Below are positions 9,089 through 18,284 of a stretch of 64,000 bases of DNA, one piece after another. The position numbers were made by a program, and so were the translations under genes. Positions within the stretch are counted from its first letter, which is position 1, and every line of letters starts with the position of its first letter. This stretch comes from a virus: positions 11,173 through 75,172 of IMG/VR virus record IMGVR_UViG_3300046740_000358. One strand, given 5' to 3'. The notes below the pieces were generated by a model that was given only the letters and a program-made list of their open reading frames with translations, was not told the DNA's origin and did no database searches.

Positions 9089-10129
9089 CTAGACGTACTC
9101 CTCAAGGATGATCAAGCCCGGCGATCCGGCTGCGCCGGCGCGGGAGTCGGCGGTGACATCAGCGATCGATCCACCCGAGCCACCGGAACCGTACCCCGAC
9201 GCCGCCGTTCCAACGGCCGTCGTCACGGGGCGCGACCTGGGCCGGCCGCCAACCCCGTAGGGCAACAGTGACGCCCCGCCACCGAGGTCTCCGTAGGAGG
9301 TGGCGTACGCCCGGAACCACCCCTGCTGCCCGTAGACGCCGGGCAGTGCCAACTTCAGAGCCCCCGGGCCCGCGGTCACGGAAGCCGCAGCGCCCGGAAC
9401 GCCACCTGTGCCAGCCGGGGCTGGTGACGAGGACACCAAATTGACCCGCGTGCCGCCGCCACCTCCGGGAGCCGTCCAGGTCGTCGCGCCATCAGTGAAG
9501 GTGGTCGGGCCACCCGCGCCGCCATCGCCGGGCGTAGCGTTGCCAGCGATCCCGGCGGCGCCGAGCGTGTACCCCCAGGTAGCCGGGATGGTCGCGGTCT
9601 CGAACATGCCCCAACTTCCGGTAGCCCCGCCGCCCGCGATGCCTTCGCCGATATTGCCGTCTCCGGCGGCGCCGCCGCCTCCGCCACCACCCCCGCAGAA
9701 CCAGACGCGCGCGTAGCCGCACCCCGTCGCCTTGGCGAGCGTCGTGCCGCTGGTGAGCCACGACGTCCGGATCAAGGACCCCGCCTGCGGCAGCACCATC
9801 AACTCCCAGTGGGTCGTGTCGACTGTCGGGTTCGTACCCGCCGGCGACGCGGTCTTGCAGCGGAACCCGACGCCGCCGTAGGAGACGAAAGACCCGACCA
9901 CGTAGTTGGTCTCGCTGGCGTCCCACTCGGGGAGGCCCTGGGCCATGTAGTAGCGCAGTCCTTGGTGGAACTTCTGCGTCAGCCAGTTCAACGTGCCGCG
10001 CTTGAGTTTCACCGGGAACGGGAGGTACCCGGTGTTGATCAACCCCGCGCTGGGCGCGACGATGTCCGGCGAGCTCGAGACGCTGTTCGCCCACGTGGCG
10101 GAATCGACTGTCGGTTTCGTGATGGCCAT
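9089..10129 (-). CDS. tail fibre protein
   Basis: LNWLTQK fibre N-terminus, CBM-like WDASETNYVVGSFVSYGG, Gly-rich GGGGGGG...GAAGSPGLIILEEY; follows the wedge gene. Confidence 0.8.
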   Translation of the reverse strand: MAITKPTVDSATWANSVSSSPDIVAPSAGLINTGYLPFPVKLKRGTLNWLTQKFHQGLRYYMAQGLPEWDASETNYVVGSFVSYGGVGFRCKTASPAGTNPTVDTTHWELMVLPQAGSLIRTSWLTSGTTLAKATGCGYARVWFCGGGGGGGGAAGDGNIGEGIAGGGATGSWGMFETATIPATWGYTLGAAGIAGNATPGDGGAGGPTTFTDGATTWTAPGGGGGTRVNLVSSSPAPAGTGGVPGAAASVTAGPGALKLALPGVYGQQGWFRAYATSYGDLGGGASLLPYGVGGRPRSRPVTTAVGTAASGYGSGGSGGSIADVTADSRAGAAGSPGLIILEEYV

Positions 10130-10144
10130 GGTGCGCGGTCCCTT

Positions 10145-10858
10145 CTAGATGAACTCGGCCAAGTAGCCGCCGATTGAATCGTCGCCAATTTCGCTCAGGC
10201 CAACGGCGCCCGGGTCGGGGTCATCGTCCCAGCCAACGAAATTTCCCGCAACGTACCAACTCGCGTCGAGGCCGACGCCCATGGGCCGCGGGATGAGATC
10301 GTCGTGGATGGCGGCGACCTCGAAGGCGGTCGGCTGTCGGGCCATCTGCAGATCGATGTACATCATCCCGGGCGACGTGTACGTGATGAGCGTGGCATCG
10401 TTCACGAGCGCGCGCAGGGCCTCGATGATTTCGGGGCCCGAGCCGATGGAACGGTTTCGGATCTTCCGCAGCGCGATCAGGATGCGCAATTCCGCATCAG
10501 ACGCGACGTAATACCCCGCCATCACGCGGCCCTGGCCCACGAGGGACGCCGTCACGTCGAGGTTGACGCCGCTCGCTTGGTCGGGGTCATCTAGCAGCGG
10601 GATCAGCATCAGCGCGTTGGCAACGTCCTGCAGGAGGTAGACGGTCAGCAGGATCCGCGCGGTCAACTTGGGCTTGCCCTGGTACTGGCTGATCAGGCGC
10701 GACAGGGCGACCGTCACGAGATCGGGCGCACCGTTGGCGGCCGTGACGGGGGCGACGCCAGGAATGAACGGAGGCGGGTCCGTGCTGGGCGGTCCGACGA
10801 AGCCACCGCCGCCGGCCCCACCAGGCCCAAACGGGAGCGGTGCGAAAGGTCCGGGCAT
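10145..10858 (-). CDS. baseplate wedge protein (DUF2612-like)
   Basis: LISQYQGKPKL, DQASGVNLDVTASLVGQGR and IPRPMGV. Confidence 0.75.
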   Translation of the reverse strand: MPGPFAPLPFGPGGAGGGGFVGPPSTDPPPFIPGVAPVTAANGAPDLVTVALSRLISQYQGKPKLTARILLTVYLLQDVANALMLIPLLDDPDQASGVNLDVTASLVGQGRVMAGYYVASDAELRILIALRKIRNRSIGSGPEIIEALRALVNDATLITYTSPGMMYIDLQMARQPTAFEVAAIHDDLIPRPMGVGLDASWYVAGNFVGWDDDPDPGAVGLSEIGDDSIGGYLAEFI

Positions 10859-10864
10859 CCGCGC

Positions 10865-11467
10865 CTACTGTTGGGTCGGGTTCGCGACGCCTTCGTCAAT
10901 GACGGCGTAATCGTCCATGCGCACGCCGTTGAGGGAACTGCTCGAGGAGATGCCAGCCCAGAAGTCGAGCGTGTTGACGATCGACATGTCGAAGCCGCCG
11001 CCGAGAACGGGGTTGACCTGCGGGGCGTGAATCACCTGGTCGCCCTGCAGGCTGTCCGTCTGCCCCGACGTCTTCGTGATCTGGATGCCGCGGAAGATGC
11101 CACGGCCGAACAACTTGCCGGTGGTGGCGTCCCCCATGTTGTCCTTGTCGGTCCGCAGCCAGATATCGAACGAGAACGGCAGGACGGCGTGCGCGGACGC
11201 ATTGAACTGGAGCGCCCCAGAGTCGTACACCGTGACCGGACTGGCGATGGTCCCGAGCTTGACCAGAAACTGGATCGTCGGGTTGCCCGTCGTGTTCTTG
11301 AGCGCCCCCCCGCCGCGAAGCCAGATGCCGCGCTTCGTGACCCAGAACCCGCGGTTGAGGTCAACCCGGTCCTCGGGATTGATGATGCTGACGGCGGTGG
11401 TGTAGGTGTCCTGGATAGTCCGCGCCCGGGACTGCCGGGCGAGACACGACGGGAAGAAAAGCGCCAT
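10865..11467 (-). CDS. putative virion-associated beta-rich protein
   Basis: 200-aa ORF within the tail region; has its own leaderless promoter. Confidence 0.55.
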   Translation of the reverse strand: MALFFPSCLARQSRARTIQDTYTTAVSIINPEDRVDLNRGFWVTKRGIWLRGGGALKNTTGNPTIQFLVKLGTIASPVTVYDSGALQFNASAHAVLPFSFDIWLRTDKDNMGDATTGKLFGRGIFRGIQITKTSGQTDSLQGDQVIHAPQVNPVLGGGFDMSIVNTLDFWAGISSSSSLNGVRMDDYAVIDEGVANPTQQ

Positions 11468-11473
11468 TCCTCT

Positions 11474-11502
11474 ATCGTCGGGCCAGAGGGCCCCGGTGTC
11501 AA
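11474..11502 (-). promoter_or_regulatory. promoter TTGACA-N17-GACGAT-N6-ATG (leaderless)
   Basis: Perfect -35 box with canonical spacing, read on the reverse complement. Confidence 0.55.
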
Positions 11503-11524
11503 ACTGGCGCGCGCGAGACGCGGC

Positions 11525-11686
11525 TCAGGCGTCGTCGACGGGCGCAGGGTCGACCACCGCCCAGCCGGCCTCGGTCTTCACGAACGGGGCCCCCCCGAAC
11601 CAAACGAGGTCGCTTGGGCGCACCTGGGCGGCCTCCTCCTCCGTCAGCAGGAGGCGAACCGGGTAGGTCGGGCGGGTGTCGGACAT
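11525..11686 (-). CDS. 53-aa hypothetical protein (below ORF-track cutoff)
   Basis: MSDTRPTYPVRLLLTEEEAAQVRPSDLVWFGG...; preceded by TTGACG-N17-CATGGT. Confidence 0.45.
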   Translation of the reverse strand: MSDTRPTYPVRLLLTEEEAAQVRPSDLVWFGGAPFVKTEAGWAVVDPAPVDDA

Positions 11687-12117
11687 CTGGACGAGGGGCA
11701 CAACGGTCGAACCATGCGCACTGGACCCGATGCCGTCAACCCCCTGTTCCGATTTTGCCGTCAGGAATGAGTGCCGATCGACCGGGCGGCCTCATTCGAA
11801 CGCCAAAAACAGGAAGTAACCGCCTGAACGTCAGGCGTTAAGTCGGGAGGCGCCCGCTCGCATGCGGGTGGTCCGGCGTGCTGCGACCAATGGCCGACTT
11901 ACGACCTGGCCGTGTCCGGGCGCTTCGGGCGCCTCCCCACCTATTCAATCGCGCCAGCCACGCCAACCCGGAAAGACATTCTTCCTCTTTTTCGCCCCCC
12001 GGCGATGGTCCCAAAAGAGGAAGTGAGCATGTACCCCCGCCGCCCTCGTGGCTCCTTTCTTGCCGACTCGCTTGGACGGCGGGGGTGCGGCCTGCGAGTG
12101 GGCCGCGCTGTGCGTGG

Positions 12118-12192
12118 TGGTTGCAGGGGCTGGGATCGAACCAGCGACCTTCGGGTTATGAGCCCAACGAGCTACCGCTGCTCTACCCTGCA
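12118..12192 (-). tRNA. tRNA-Met(CAT), initiator type, CCA encoded
   Basis: TGCAGGGTAGAGCAGCGGTAGCTCGTTGGGCTCATAACCCGAAGGTCGCTGGTTCGATCCCAGCCCCTGCAACCA folds as a cloverleaf with a GGG/CCC anticodon stem and TTCGA loop. Confidence 0.95.
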
Positions 12193-12457
12193 AAAGCCGC
12201 CCGGGTCGACTGGGGACCGAATGCAACGGCAATCCCTCTGCCCGAGCGTCGGACCTCACTGTACCAGAATAGAAACCCCGTAAAAACCACGTATCTATGG
12301 GGGTGGGCGCCACCCCGGGCCCGCCCCGCTGAGCGGTCAGGCGAGGCCCGGAGCGCCGGGCTTGCTCCCCCGGCTGAGGCGTGCGCACCCTACCAGAGCC
12401 GGAAGCCCGCGCGCGACCACTGAACACCCGTCACGTATCGACCAATGTCGATTCGCG

Positions 12458-12486
12458 TTGCACGGCTATCATTCTCGGCCCATGCT
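12458..12486 (+). promoter_or_regulatory. promoter TTGCAC-N17-CATGCT-N6-GTG (leaderless)
   Basis: Spacing read directly from the sequence. Confidence 0.5.
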
Positions 12487-12492
12487 TGATCT

Positions 12493-12708
12493 GTGAGCAA
12501 GACGAACCCAAGACGCGGCGGCAAGCGGCCCGGAGCTGGCCACCCGATCACCACCGGCAGCAACGCGACGGCGAGGGTGGTCTACCGCGTGTCGGCCGCC
12601 CAGCGCGCCGAACTCGCGACCGAGGCCCAGCGCCTCGGTCTGTCCTCCGCCGACCTTGCGGCCAAGCGCCGCGCGTTCCCACCGTCCACCCAAGGAGAAT
12701 CAAAATGA
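12493..12708 (+). CDS. small DNA-binding protein (RGGKRPGAG hook plus RHH-like domain)
   Basis: RGGKRPGAGHP; VVYRVSAAQRAELATEAQRLGLSSADL. Confidence 0.6.
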   Translation: MSKTNPRRGGKRPGAGHPITTGSNATARVVYRVSAAQRAELATEAQRLGLSSADLAAKRRAFPPSTQGESK

Positions 12709-12824
12709 AAATGTCCCGAGTCCTATTCGCCGTTGCCTTTGTCCTCGGCCTCGCCTACGGCGGTGCGGTTGTGGCGAAGTCGGTTTCTGATCTGGTCGTC
12801 GAAGCCAAGGAGTCCGCCCAATGA
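12705..12824 (+). CDS. 39-aa membrane/secreted peptide
   Basis: AAGGAG RBS; MKMSRVLFAVAFVLGLAYGGAVVAK; ATGA overlaps at both ends. Confidence 0.5.
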   Translation: MKMSRVLFAVAFVLGLAYGGAVVAKSVSDLVVEAKESAQ

Positions 12825-13258
12825 ATGCCAAGAAACTGTTCGCGCTGTCGCTCGTCGTTTCGGTTCTTTCAGTCCTGGGATGCAACGATGCACCCGAAGA
12901 CCAGGCCACTGCCGAACTTCGCCTCCCGGGGATCTGCGGGTTCCACGTCGGCCGCTACATCTTCGCGCTGGGCGAACGCCTAGATAGCGGCGCCGGCTGC
13001 CAGTATGCGCCGACCACCGAAGACCTCATCCTGCCTACCGAGCACGCGGGGGTGGCGTGCTCGACGTTCCTGAGCCACTACGCCGCAGAACCCGCCAGCG
13101 GGTACAGCCGCTTTCTGGGACAGGATCAGACGTGCAACTGGTCCAGAAACGGCGACGTGGGAACCTGCGTGATTAATCAAAAGGCCCGCGTCGCGGGCGT
13201 TGAGTGTGCGTCCAAGTTCGCGATGACTTACAAGCGCGTCGAGGTCATCGCTTGGTAG
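12821..13258 (+). CDS. Cys-containing lipoprotein (moron-like)
   Basis: MNAKKLFALSLVVSVLSVLGC lipobox; AAGGAG RBS. Confidence 0.7.
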   Translation: MNAKKLFALSLVVSVLSVLGCNDAPEDQATAELRLPGICGFHVGRYIFALGERLDSGAGCQYAPTTEDLILPTEHAGVACSTFLSHYAAEPASGYSRFLGQDQTCNWSRNGDVGTCVINQKARVAGVECASKFAMTYKRVEVIAW

Positions 13259-13259
13259 G

Positions 13260-14510
13260 TCAGATCTCGGTGGAGATGTTCGTCGTGAAGTCGGCGACCG
13301 CGATCCTGCTCTGACCGCCGGTCGCGATCGTCCCGAACGCGCGCTCCCACGTCGGATATTTGTTGAACGGGATCGCTAGGTCTTCCTGCTGGATGATGTT
13401 GTAGACGTACCCGAGGTAGATCGACTGGACGGCGGGCGCGTCTCCGATCGCGTTGACTGCGGCCAGCACCACGCCATACAGCGGTGCTAATTGTACCGAC
13501 TGCCCCGTCCTAGAATTGTCCTCGCCGTAGTCTGCCAATGCGTTTCTTATCGCAGGCCCCAGCGCCGAAGACACCGCTTGCCCAGCATATTTCTGCTTGA
13601 GTCGCACGTAGTAACAGACTCCGAGCGCGATCGGCCTGTCGAACTTTATCGGCTGCCCGTTCCCTTGCGCATCGATGATGGAGGCGGTGACCGCCCCCAC
13701 CAGCGTCACGCCGCCCGAAGCCTTCGCCCAGATGGCCGCCGCGATGTCGGCGTCGAGTCCCCCGCGCACGACTGCCTGAATCGAGTTGGGCGGGAGGTCC
13801 GTGCTTCCAGGCCGCGCGATGGGAGAGCCGGTCTTGTTCTCGAATACCGCCGCATCCGAGACGCCTTGGATGTTCGCCAGCGCGGCGTAGAGGGAGTCGA
13901 CCACCGACTTCCCCGTCAGCGCCACGGAGGCCGCGCGCCGAATCCGCAGGGCCGCGTCCGTCTCGATGTTCGACCCGAGGTTGACGCCCAGCGCGTTGGT
14001 GCAGCCCGTCCACCCCGAGATCACCGTCTTGATGGCCGTGATGGTGCCGGCGCCGGCGAACACGGGCCCGGTGGTGGTCGCGCGCACGGCCCCGGGCGTC
14101 GCCCCGCTGGCGTCGATGGTGACGTCGGCCAGCGTCTGGAAGTGCGCGGGATCGGCATCGGTGTTGTCGACCAGCGAGCCAGCCGGGATGAAGGTCCCCG
14201 GCGTGCCCGTCAGAATCACGTCGTCCGTGCTGTAACTGGCCCCGTTGCGGGTGATGCCGTTGATCTGGACGAGGCGGGAGAGCGCCGCGCGCTGCGCTCC
14301 CGCGGGTGACCTGGCGACGAACACCGCCTCGGCGAGCTGGCTCACGGTGTCGATGGCCTCTGCCGTGATGCCGTCGTACTGTCCATCAGGCGAGCTCGGG
14401 GTCGTGTCGTAGTCCTGGCCGTAAATGGTCTTCATCGCGGCGTCGACGTTCGCCAGGATGACGTCGAGGCGGTCGCGCGTGAACCCGGTTGCGTCGATGA
14501 CGGTTGCCAT
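13260..14510 (-). CDS. baseplate J-like protein
   Basis: SSPDGQ, LTGTPGTFIPAG, ETDAALRIRR and VFENKTG motifs; position in the operon. Confidence 0.9.
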   Translation of the reverse strand: MATVIDATGFTRDRLDVILANVDAAMKTIYGQDYDTTPSSPDGQYDGITAEAIDTVSQLAEAVFVARSPAGAQRAALSRLVQINGITRNGASYSTDDVILTGTPGTFIPAGSLVDNTDADPAHFQTLADVTIDASGATPGAVRATTTGPVFAGAGTITAIKTVISGWTGCTNALGVNLGSNIETDAALRIRRAASVALTGKSVVDSLYAALANIQGVSDAAVFENKTGSPIARPGSTDLPPNSIQAVVRGGLDADIAAAIWAKASGGVTLVGAVTASIIDAQGNGQPIKFDRPIALGVCYYVRLKQKYAGQAVSSALGPAIRNALADYGEDNSRTGQSVQLAPLYGVVLAAVNAIGDAPAVQSIYLGYVYNIIQQEDLAIPFNKYPTWERAFGTIATGGQSRIAVADFTTNISTEI

Positions 14511-14522
14511 GCTGGTCAGCTC

Positions 14523-14921
14523 CTACGGGCTCAAGGGGTAGAGGTCGGACACGGACCATGCATCGCCGTCGACGTCCTTGCCGCTGGCGTTGATGGTGAC
14601 CATCCTGGTGTTGCGGTCGAAGACCAGATCAAACGACGTGATGCTGGCCACCCCGTTGGTCGTCAGGATGCGAGCCTTCAGCGTGGCCTCGGCGTAGGCG
14701 GCGTTGGCGGGCATGTGGCCGAGGATCGGCTCGACGTCGGTCCCGTCCTGGTACCACGGGACGCCTTCGTTGGCATCGAGGAACCACTCCCCCAAGATCA
14801 CCTTCAGGTTGCACTCGAGGCGCTGGGCGGTCGCGCGTGAGCCGTAGTGAAAGTTGGCCATACCCCGTCCGCGCATTTCGTCGCCGTTGGAGTCGAGCTT
14901 GCGGACGTGCATCGTGGCCAT
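14523..14921 (-). CDS. baseplate wedge / sheath initiator (gp25-like)
   Basis: VRKLDSNGD, LGEWFLDANEGVPW and ILTTNGV. Confidence 0.8.
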   Translation of the reverse strand: MATMHVRKLDSNGDEMRGRGMANFHYGSRATAQRLECNLKVILGEWFLDANEGVPWYQDGTDVEPILGHMPANAAYAEATLKARILTTNGVASITSFDLVFDRNTRMVTINASGKDVDGDAWSVSDLYPLSP

Positions 14922-14933
14922 GCGGTTGCGGCC

Positions 14934-15143
14934 TTAGGCGTCGAGGGCTTGGATCACGAAGTGAAAGACCTCGTCGTACATCTCGAGGAGAGGGCCATCG
15001 GCCACGAGAGACCCGCGGCGTCCCGTGCGCTTGAAGACCCGATCGCCGAGGGCGACGGTATCCGGCACCAGGTCGGGGACGTCGGCGGTCCCGACGGCGC
15101 CCGCCTCGCGGTTGCTGACCAGCATGATTTTCGCCATGGTCAC
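14934..15143 (-). CDS. small hypothetical protein
   Basis: 69-aa ORF co-oriented within the baseplate operon. Confidence 0.4.
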   Translation of the reverse strand: MTMAKIMLVSNREAGAVGTADVPDLVPDTVALGDRVFKRTGRRGSLVADGPLLEMYDEVFHFVIQALDA

Positions 15144-15165
15144 GAGGATACCACCGCCTAGGGCG

Positions 15166-15636
15166 TCAGTGGATCGGCGCGACCGTCGGCGTGGGGGTCG
15201 TCGCCGTCGTGACGATGACGGTCAGGGCGTGCGCGTGCAACTCGGCAGCGATGGCCGCGCAGGCGTCGGCGGCCGATTTCATTCCCGCGATGTTGCCCGC
15301 GAACACCGGCGCGAGGTTCGGACCGGCCCCGGGTGATGTGACCACGCCCGCGAACGCGCCCGCAAACGCGATGGGGGGGGCACCCCAGAACGCCACGAAC
15401 GCCGCCTGCATGGCTGGCGCAGCGGCACCGCCAGACGCGAATGCAGCCCCCAGCGCGCCCGCGAGCACACTCACGGCCCCCGCCACGCTTGGCACACCAT
15501 TGATAGACGACCGGGCGGCCGCCGCATACCCGCCGTACGCCTGCGCCCATCGCTGACCAGCCTCGGCGTGTGACGCGGGGAACGACGTGGCGATGTCCTC
15601 TAGTGCGCTTGCGAGGCTGCCCTGATCCAGCGCCAC
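15166..15636 (-). CDS. Ala-rich virion protein, possibly spike-associated
   Basis: Follows the spike gene; C-terminal LHAHALTV. Confidence 0.55.
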   Translation of the reverse strand: MALDQGSLASALEDIATSFPASHAEAGQRWAQAYGGYAAAARSSINGVPSVAGAVSVLAGALGAAFASGGAAAPAMQAAFVAFWGAPPIAFAGAFAGVVTSPGAGPNLAPVFAGNIAGMKSAADACAAIAAELHAHALTVIVTTATTPTPTVAPIH

Positions 15637-15640
15637 CTGA

Positions 15641-16318
15641 TCACGGCCCCACGAACGCGGTCATTGATTTTATCTTTGCCTTGAAGGCCGCCATGTTGAG
15701 CGGACCGACTCCCGTCGGCCCCATTCCGGTAGCGAAGCTCATTTCGGCGATGCACTCGAGGATCGCTTCCGACAGCACCGCTGCCTGGGCAGACCCCTGC
15801 CCCGTGCCGCCGCCCTCCGGTGGTGTCGCTCGGAAGATGATCGCCCCCTCGCGCGTCCGGAGCTCGGCGGAGGTCATGCTGAACGTGCCGATCGCCCGCG
15901 GCTCGCTCGAGATCCCCGGGATGAACATCGCGTCCGACGGATCGTGGAACCGGATCTCGCTCGGCTCCTGGGTGCCCCCCTTGGCCAGCCAGTGGTCGAT
16001 CGCGCGATCCCCGAAGACCAAGATCCCCTCGTCTCCCTCCTTGATCGGGAACGTGAGGATCAGCGGGCCGCCAGCGGGGAATTGCACCGGCACGTTCACG
16101 CACGGCTGGGCGTCGCGCACCTCGGACCCGCGGAACTTTTTCTTGATGGCCGGCTGCACGCTGGCGGTCTGGGTGACGGGGTCGAAGGACATCACGATCC
16201 CGGGACCGGAGACACAGATCCGCTTGAGCATCGCGCGCGCGGCCGCGCTGTGGGCATCCTCGTCCGAAGCGTTCAACTCCTCGTCGGTGCGGTCTTGGTT
16301 GCTCTCGTCTTCAGCCAT
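15641..16318 (-). CDS. baseplate spike (Gp138-N/gpV-like)
   Basis: PGIVMSFDPVTQTASVQP, VPVQFP, FPIKEGDEGILVFGDRAID and RFHDPSDA. Confidence 0.85.
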   Translation of the reverse strand: MAEDESNQDRTDEELNASDEDAHSAAARAMLKRICVSGPGIVMSFDPVTQTASVQPAIKKKFRGSEVRDAQPCVNVPVQFPAGGPLILTFPIKEGDEGILVFGDRAIDHWLAKGGTQEPSEIRFHDPSDAMFIPGISSEPRAIGTFSMTSAELRTREGAIIFRATPPEGGGTGQGSAQAAVLSEAILECIAEMSFATGMGPTGVGPLNMAAFKAKIKSMTAFVGP

Positions 16319-16321
16319 GGG

Positions 16322-17278
16322 TCACGCCGCCTTTTTCGCTGGGATCGGCTTGCTGAGGGACACGCACAGCGATTCCGTGTGCCACTCCTTGCCGAGAGTA
16401 TCGCCTTTGTGGGTCAGGCTGATCACCTTGTAGAGCCCGTCGGGATCCATGCGGGCCGGGCCGTGCTTTTTCTTCGTGACCTTCTTGCCGGGTTTCTTTG
16501 CGCCGGCGGCCTGCTCGGTGATGGTCCGCAGTTCCTCCTTCAGATCGTTGTTGTCGAGTTGGACCACGCCGCCGATCTTGATGGCCGGGTTCAACAGGCA
16601 CCACGCCTTGATCCCCTTGTCCGTGACCTCCGGCGCCTTCAGCATGCCGGTGTCGGCGCGGATGACGATCGCTTCCCCGGGGAGAGTGCCCTCGAACGGG
16701 ATGAAGTGGAGCACGCCGTTCTGGATGGACCAGTCGCACTCGGCCGCCGCGGCGATCTGGTGGAGGTAGTCGCGGGCCATCCCGTTCATGACCTTGGCCC
16801 TCGAGCGCTTGCCCTTGTTGGCGGCGACCGCCGCCGCGTTGCCAAGCTTCGTCGACTTGAACTGGCTGACGATGTGGTTCAGGACATCCGAGTCCGTGGT
16901 CCCCGCCGCCAGGACGGTGTTGATGACCGTGCCGTAGTAGTCGCCATCGCCGTCGCCCGCGATCAGTTGGGTGATCTGATCGTTGCCCTCCCGGTACCGC
17001 CGCGGGCGAACGAGGTTCCCCGCGAACACGAGGCGGGCTTCGCGCTGGTAGCCGGCGTTGCACTGGACCTCGTCGAACTCCCCCTTGATCCGAGACTCGG
17101 TGTCGTCGGCCAAGTTGTAGATCAGGAACTCGGCGTGATTCGGCGTGTGCTTGATGGTCTTCGTGATCTCGAACTTGATCCGGAAGTCCTGGTTCGCTAC
17201 CGCGCCGTCCCCCGTACTCGCCTTGCCGATCAGGAGTTCGAAGACCCGCCGGTACTGCAGGACCGGATCGGTGCTCAT
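16322..17278 (-). CDS. baseplate hub protein
   Basis: IKFEITK..PNHAEFLIYNL, AGYQ..LVFAG, DGDG, WSIQNG, CLLNPAIK and HKGDTLG. Confidence 0.85.
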   Translation of the reverse strand: MSTDPVLQYRRVFELLIGKASTGDGAVANQDFRIKFEITKTIKHTPNHAEFLIYNLADDTESRIKGEFDEVQCNAGYQREARLVFAGNLVRPRRYREGNDQITQLIAGDGDGDYYGTVINTVLAAGTTDSDVLNHIVSQFKSTKLGNAAAVAANKGKRSRAKVMNGMARDYLHQIAAAAECDWSIQNGVLHFIPFEGTLPGEAIVIRADTGMLKAPEVTDKGIKAWCLLNPAIKIGGVVQLDNNDLKEELRTITEQAAGAKKPGKKVTKKKHGPARMDPDGLYKVISLTHKGDTLGKEWHTESLCVSLSKPIPAKKAA

Positions 17279-17628
17279 GCGCTGGCGTCCGCCGCCGCCT
17301 CGGCCATCTCCTCCGCGCTCAGCCAGTAGACGTTGACGCGCACGCCGAGATCTTCCGACCCGGCGTCGACGTCCGTGTTCGCCTCGTCGAACGGGATCAG
17401 CGACCCGATGCCCAGCGCGTAGGGCGCGAGGATGTCCTGCCCCAGCAGGATCGGCACGCCCGACAGCAACTTGACTTGGTCGATCTGGCGCGTGATGTCG
17501 ACGGTCCAGAACCCGGGATCCCCTGGAATTCCTTCGTTCCAGCGGGTCTCGAAGTCGTACTTGGCCCCGTCGCCCAGGGCGCACGTGAAGACCCTCGAGG
17601 GCTCGCTGTTGAACGGGATGAGGAGCAT
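17275..17628 (-). CDS. small baseplate (plug-type) protein
   Basis: MLLIPF..YDFETRWN..WTVDI..GVPILLGQDILAPY. Confidence 0.7.
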   Translation of the reverse strand: MLLIPFNSEPSRVFTCALGDGAKYDFETRWNEGIPGDPGFWTVDITRQIDQVKLLSGVPILLGQDILAPYALGIGSLIPFDEANTDVDAGSEDLGVRVNVYWLSAEEMAEAAADASA

Positions 17629-18284
17629 CAGAGGACCCCCGTCGCCTGGCCACCGCGCAGGAACACCGACTTCCGCTTGGCGACCGTCTGCTCGGGCGCC
17701 TGCTTGGCCCCGCTGGTGGTCTTCGGGTCGGCCTTGCGCGCGGTCGCCTTGTCGGCCCGCGGGGTGTACTTGACCGTCCTGGTGCTGACGATCCGCACCT
17801 CGCGCAGCGTCGCCCGGAAGAGAAGCGCGCCGCCCGTGCGCTTGTCCTGAGTCGCCCCGAGCTTCTTCAACAGCAGGCTCTCCCGGAGGCCCAGCCCCGT
17901 CTGGTACGAGAACGGGTTCCCCGACGCCTGCAGGTTCAGCATGTTCTGCAACGCTCGCGCGTGGCGGCTCAAGGTGTCGCCGCCGGCTGCAGGCACGAGC
18001 CAGTCGTAATCGCGCGCCAACTCTAGGACTCGGTCCCGGTCGGACTGCCGCATCCCAAGCCAGATCTCCGACACCACCGCGTACATCTCGATCACCTTCG
18101 GCATCAGGACCACGTGGTCCGAGACGATGAAGCCGGTTTCGACCGGGTTGTCCATGATGTCGAGCTCGGAGGTGGTGTCCTCCGAGATCACGGTGTCGAA
18201 CTCGAAGGGCGGCTGGCGCAGGCCGTTCTCGTCGGTCCCCATGATCCAAACGCTCCGCATGGGAGGTGCAGTCATCACCGGCAT
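17628..18284 (-). CDS. baseplate/tail-tube initiator protein
   Basis: FDTVISE..DNPVETGFIVSDHVVLMP; directly after the tape measure gene. Confidence 0.75.
   Translation of the reverse strand: MPVMTAPPMRSVWIMGTDENGLRQPPFEFDTVISEDTTSELDIMDNPVETGFIVSDHVVLMPKVIEMYAVVSEIWLGMRQSDRDRVLELARDYDWLVPAAGGDTLSRHARALQNMLNLQASGNPFSYQTGLGLRESLLLKKLGATQDKRTGGALLFRATLREVRIVSTRTVKYTPRADKATARKADPKTTSGAKQAPEQTVAKRKSVFLRGGQATGVL

Noticed and set aside
12118-12192. tRNA as attL/attR prophage boundary
   Set aside because: Phage tail genes lie on both sides, I noticed no duplicate of the tRNA 3' end, and no integrase is in the window.
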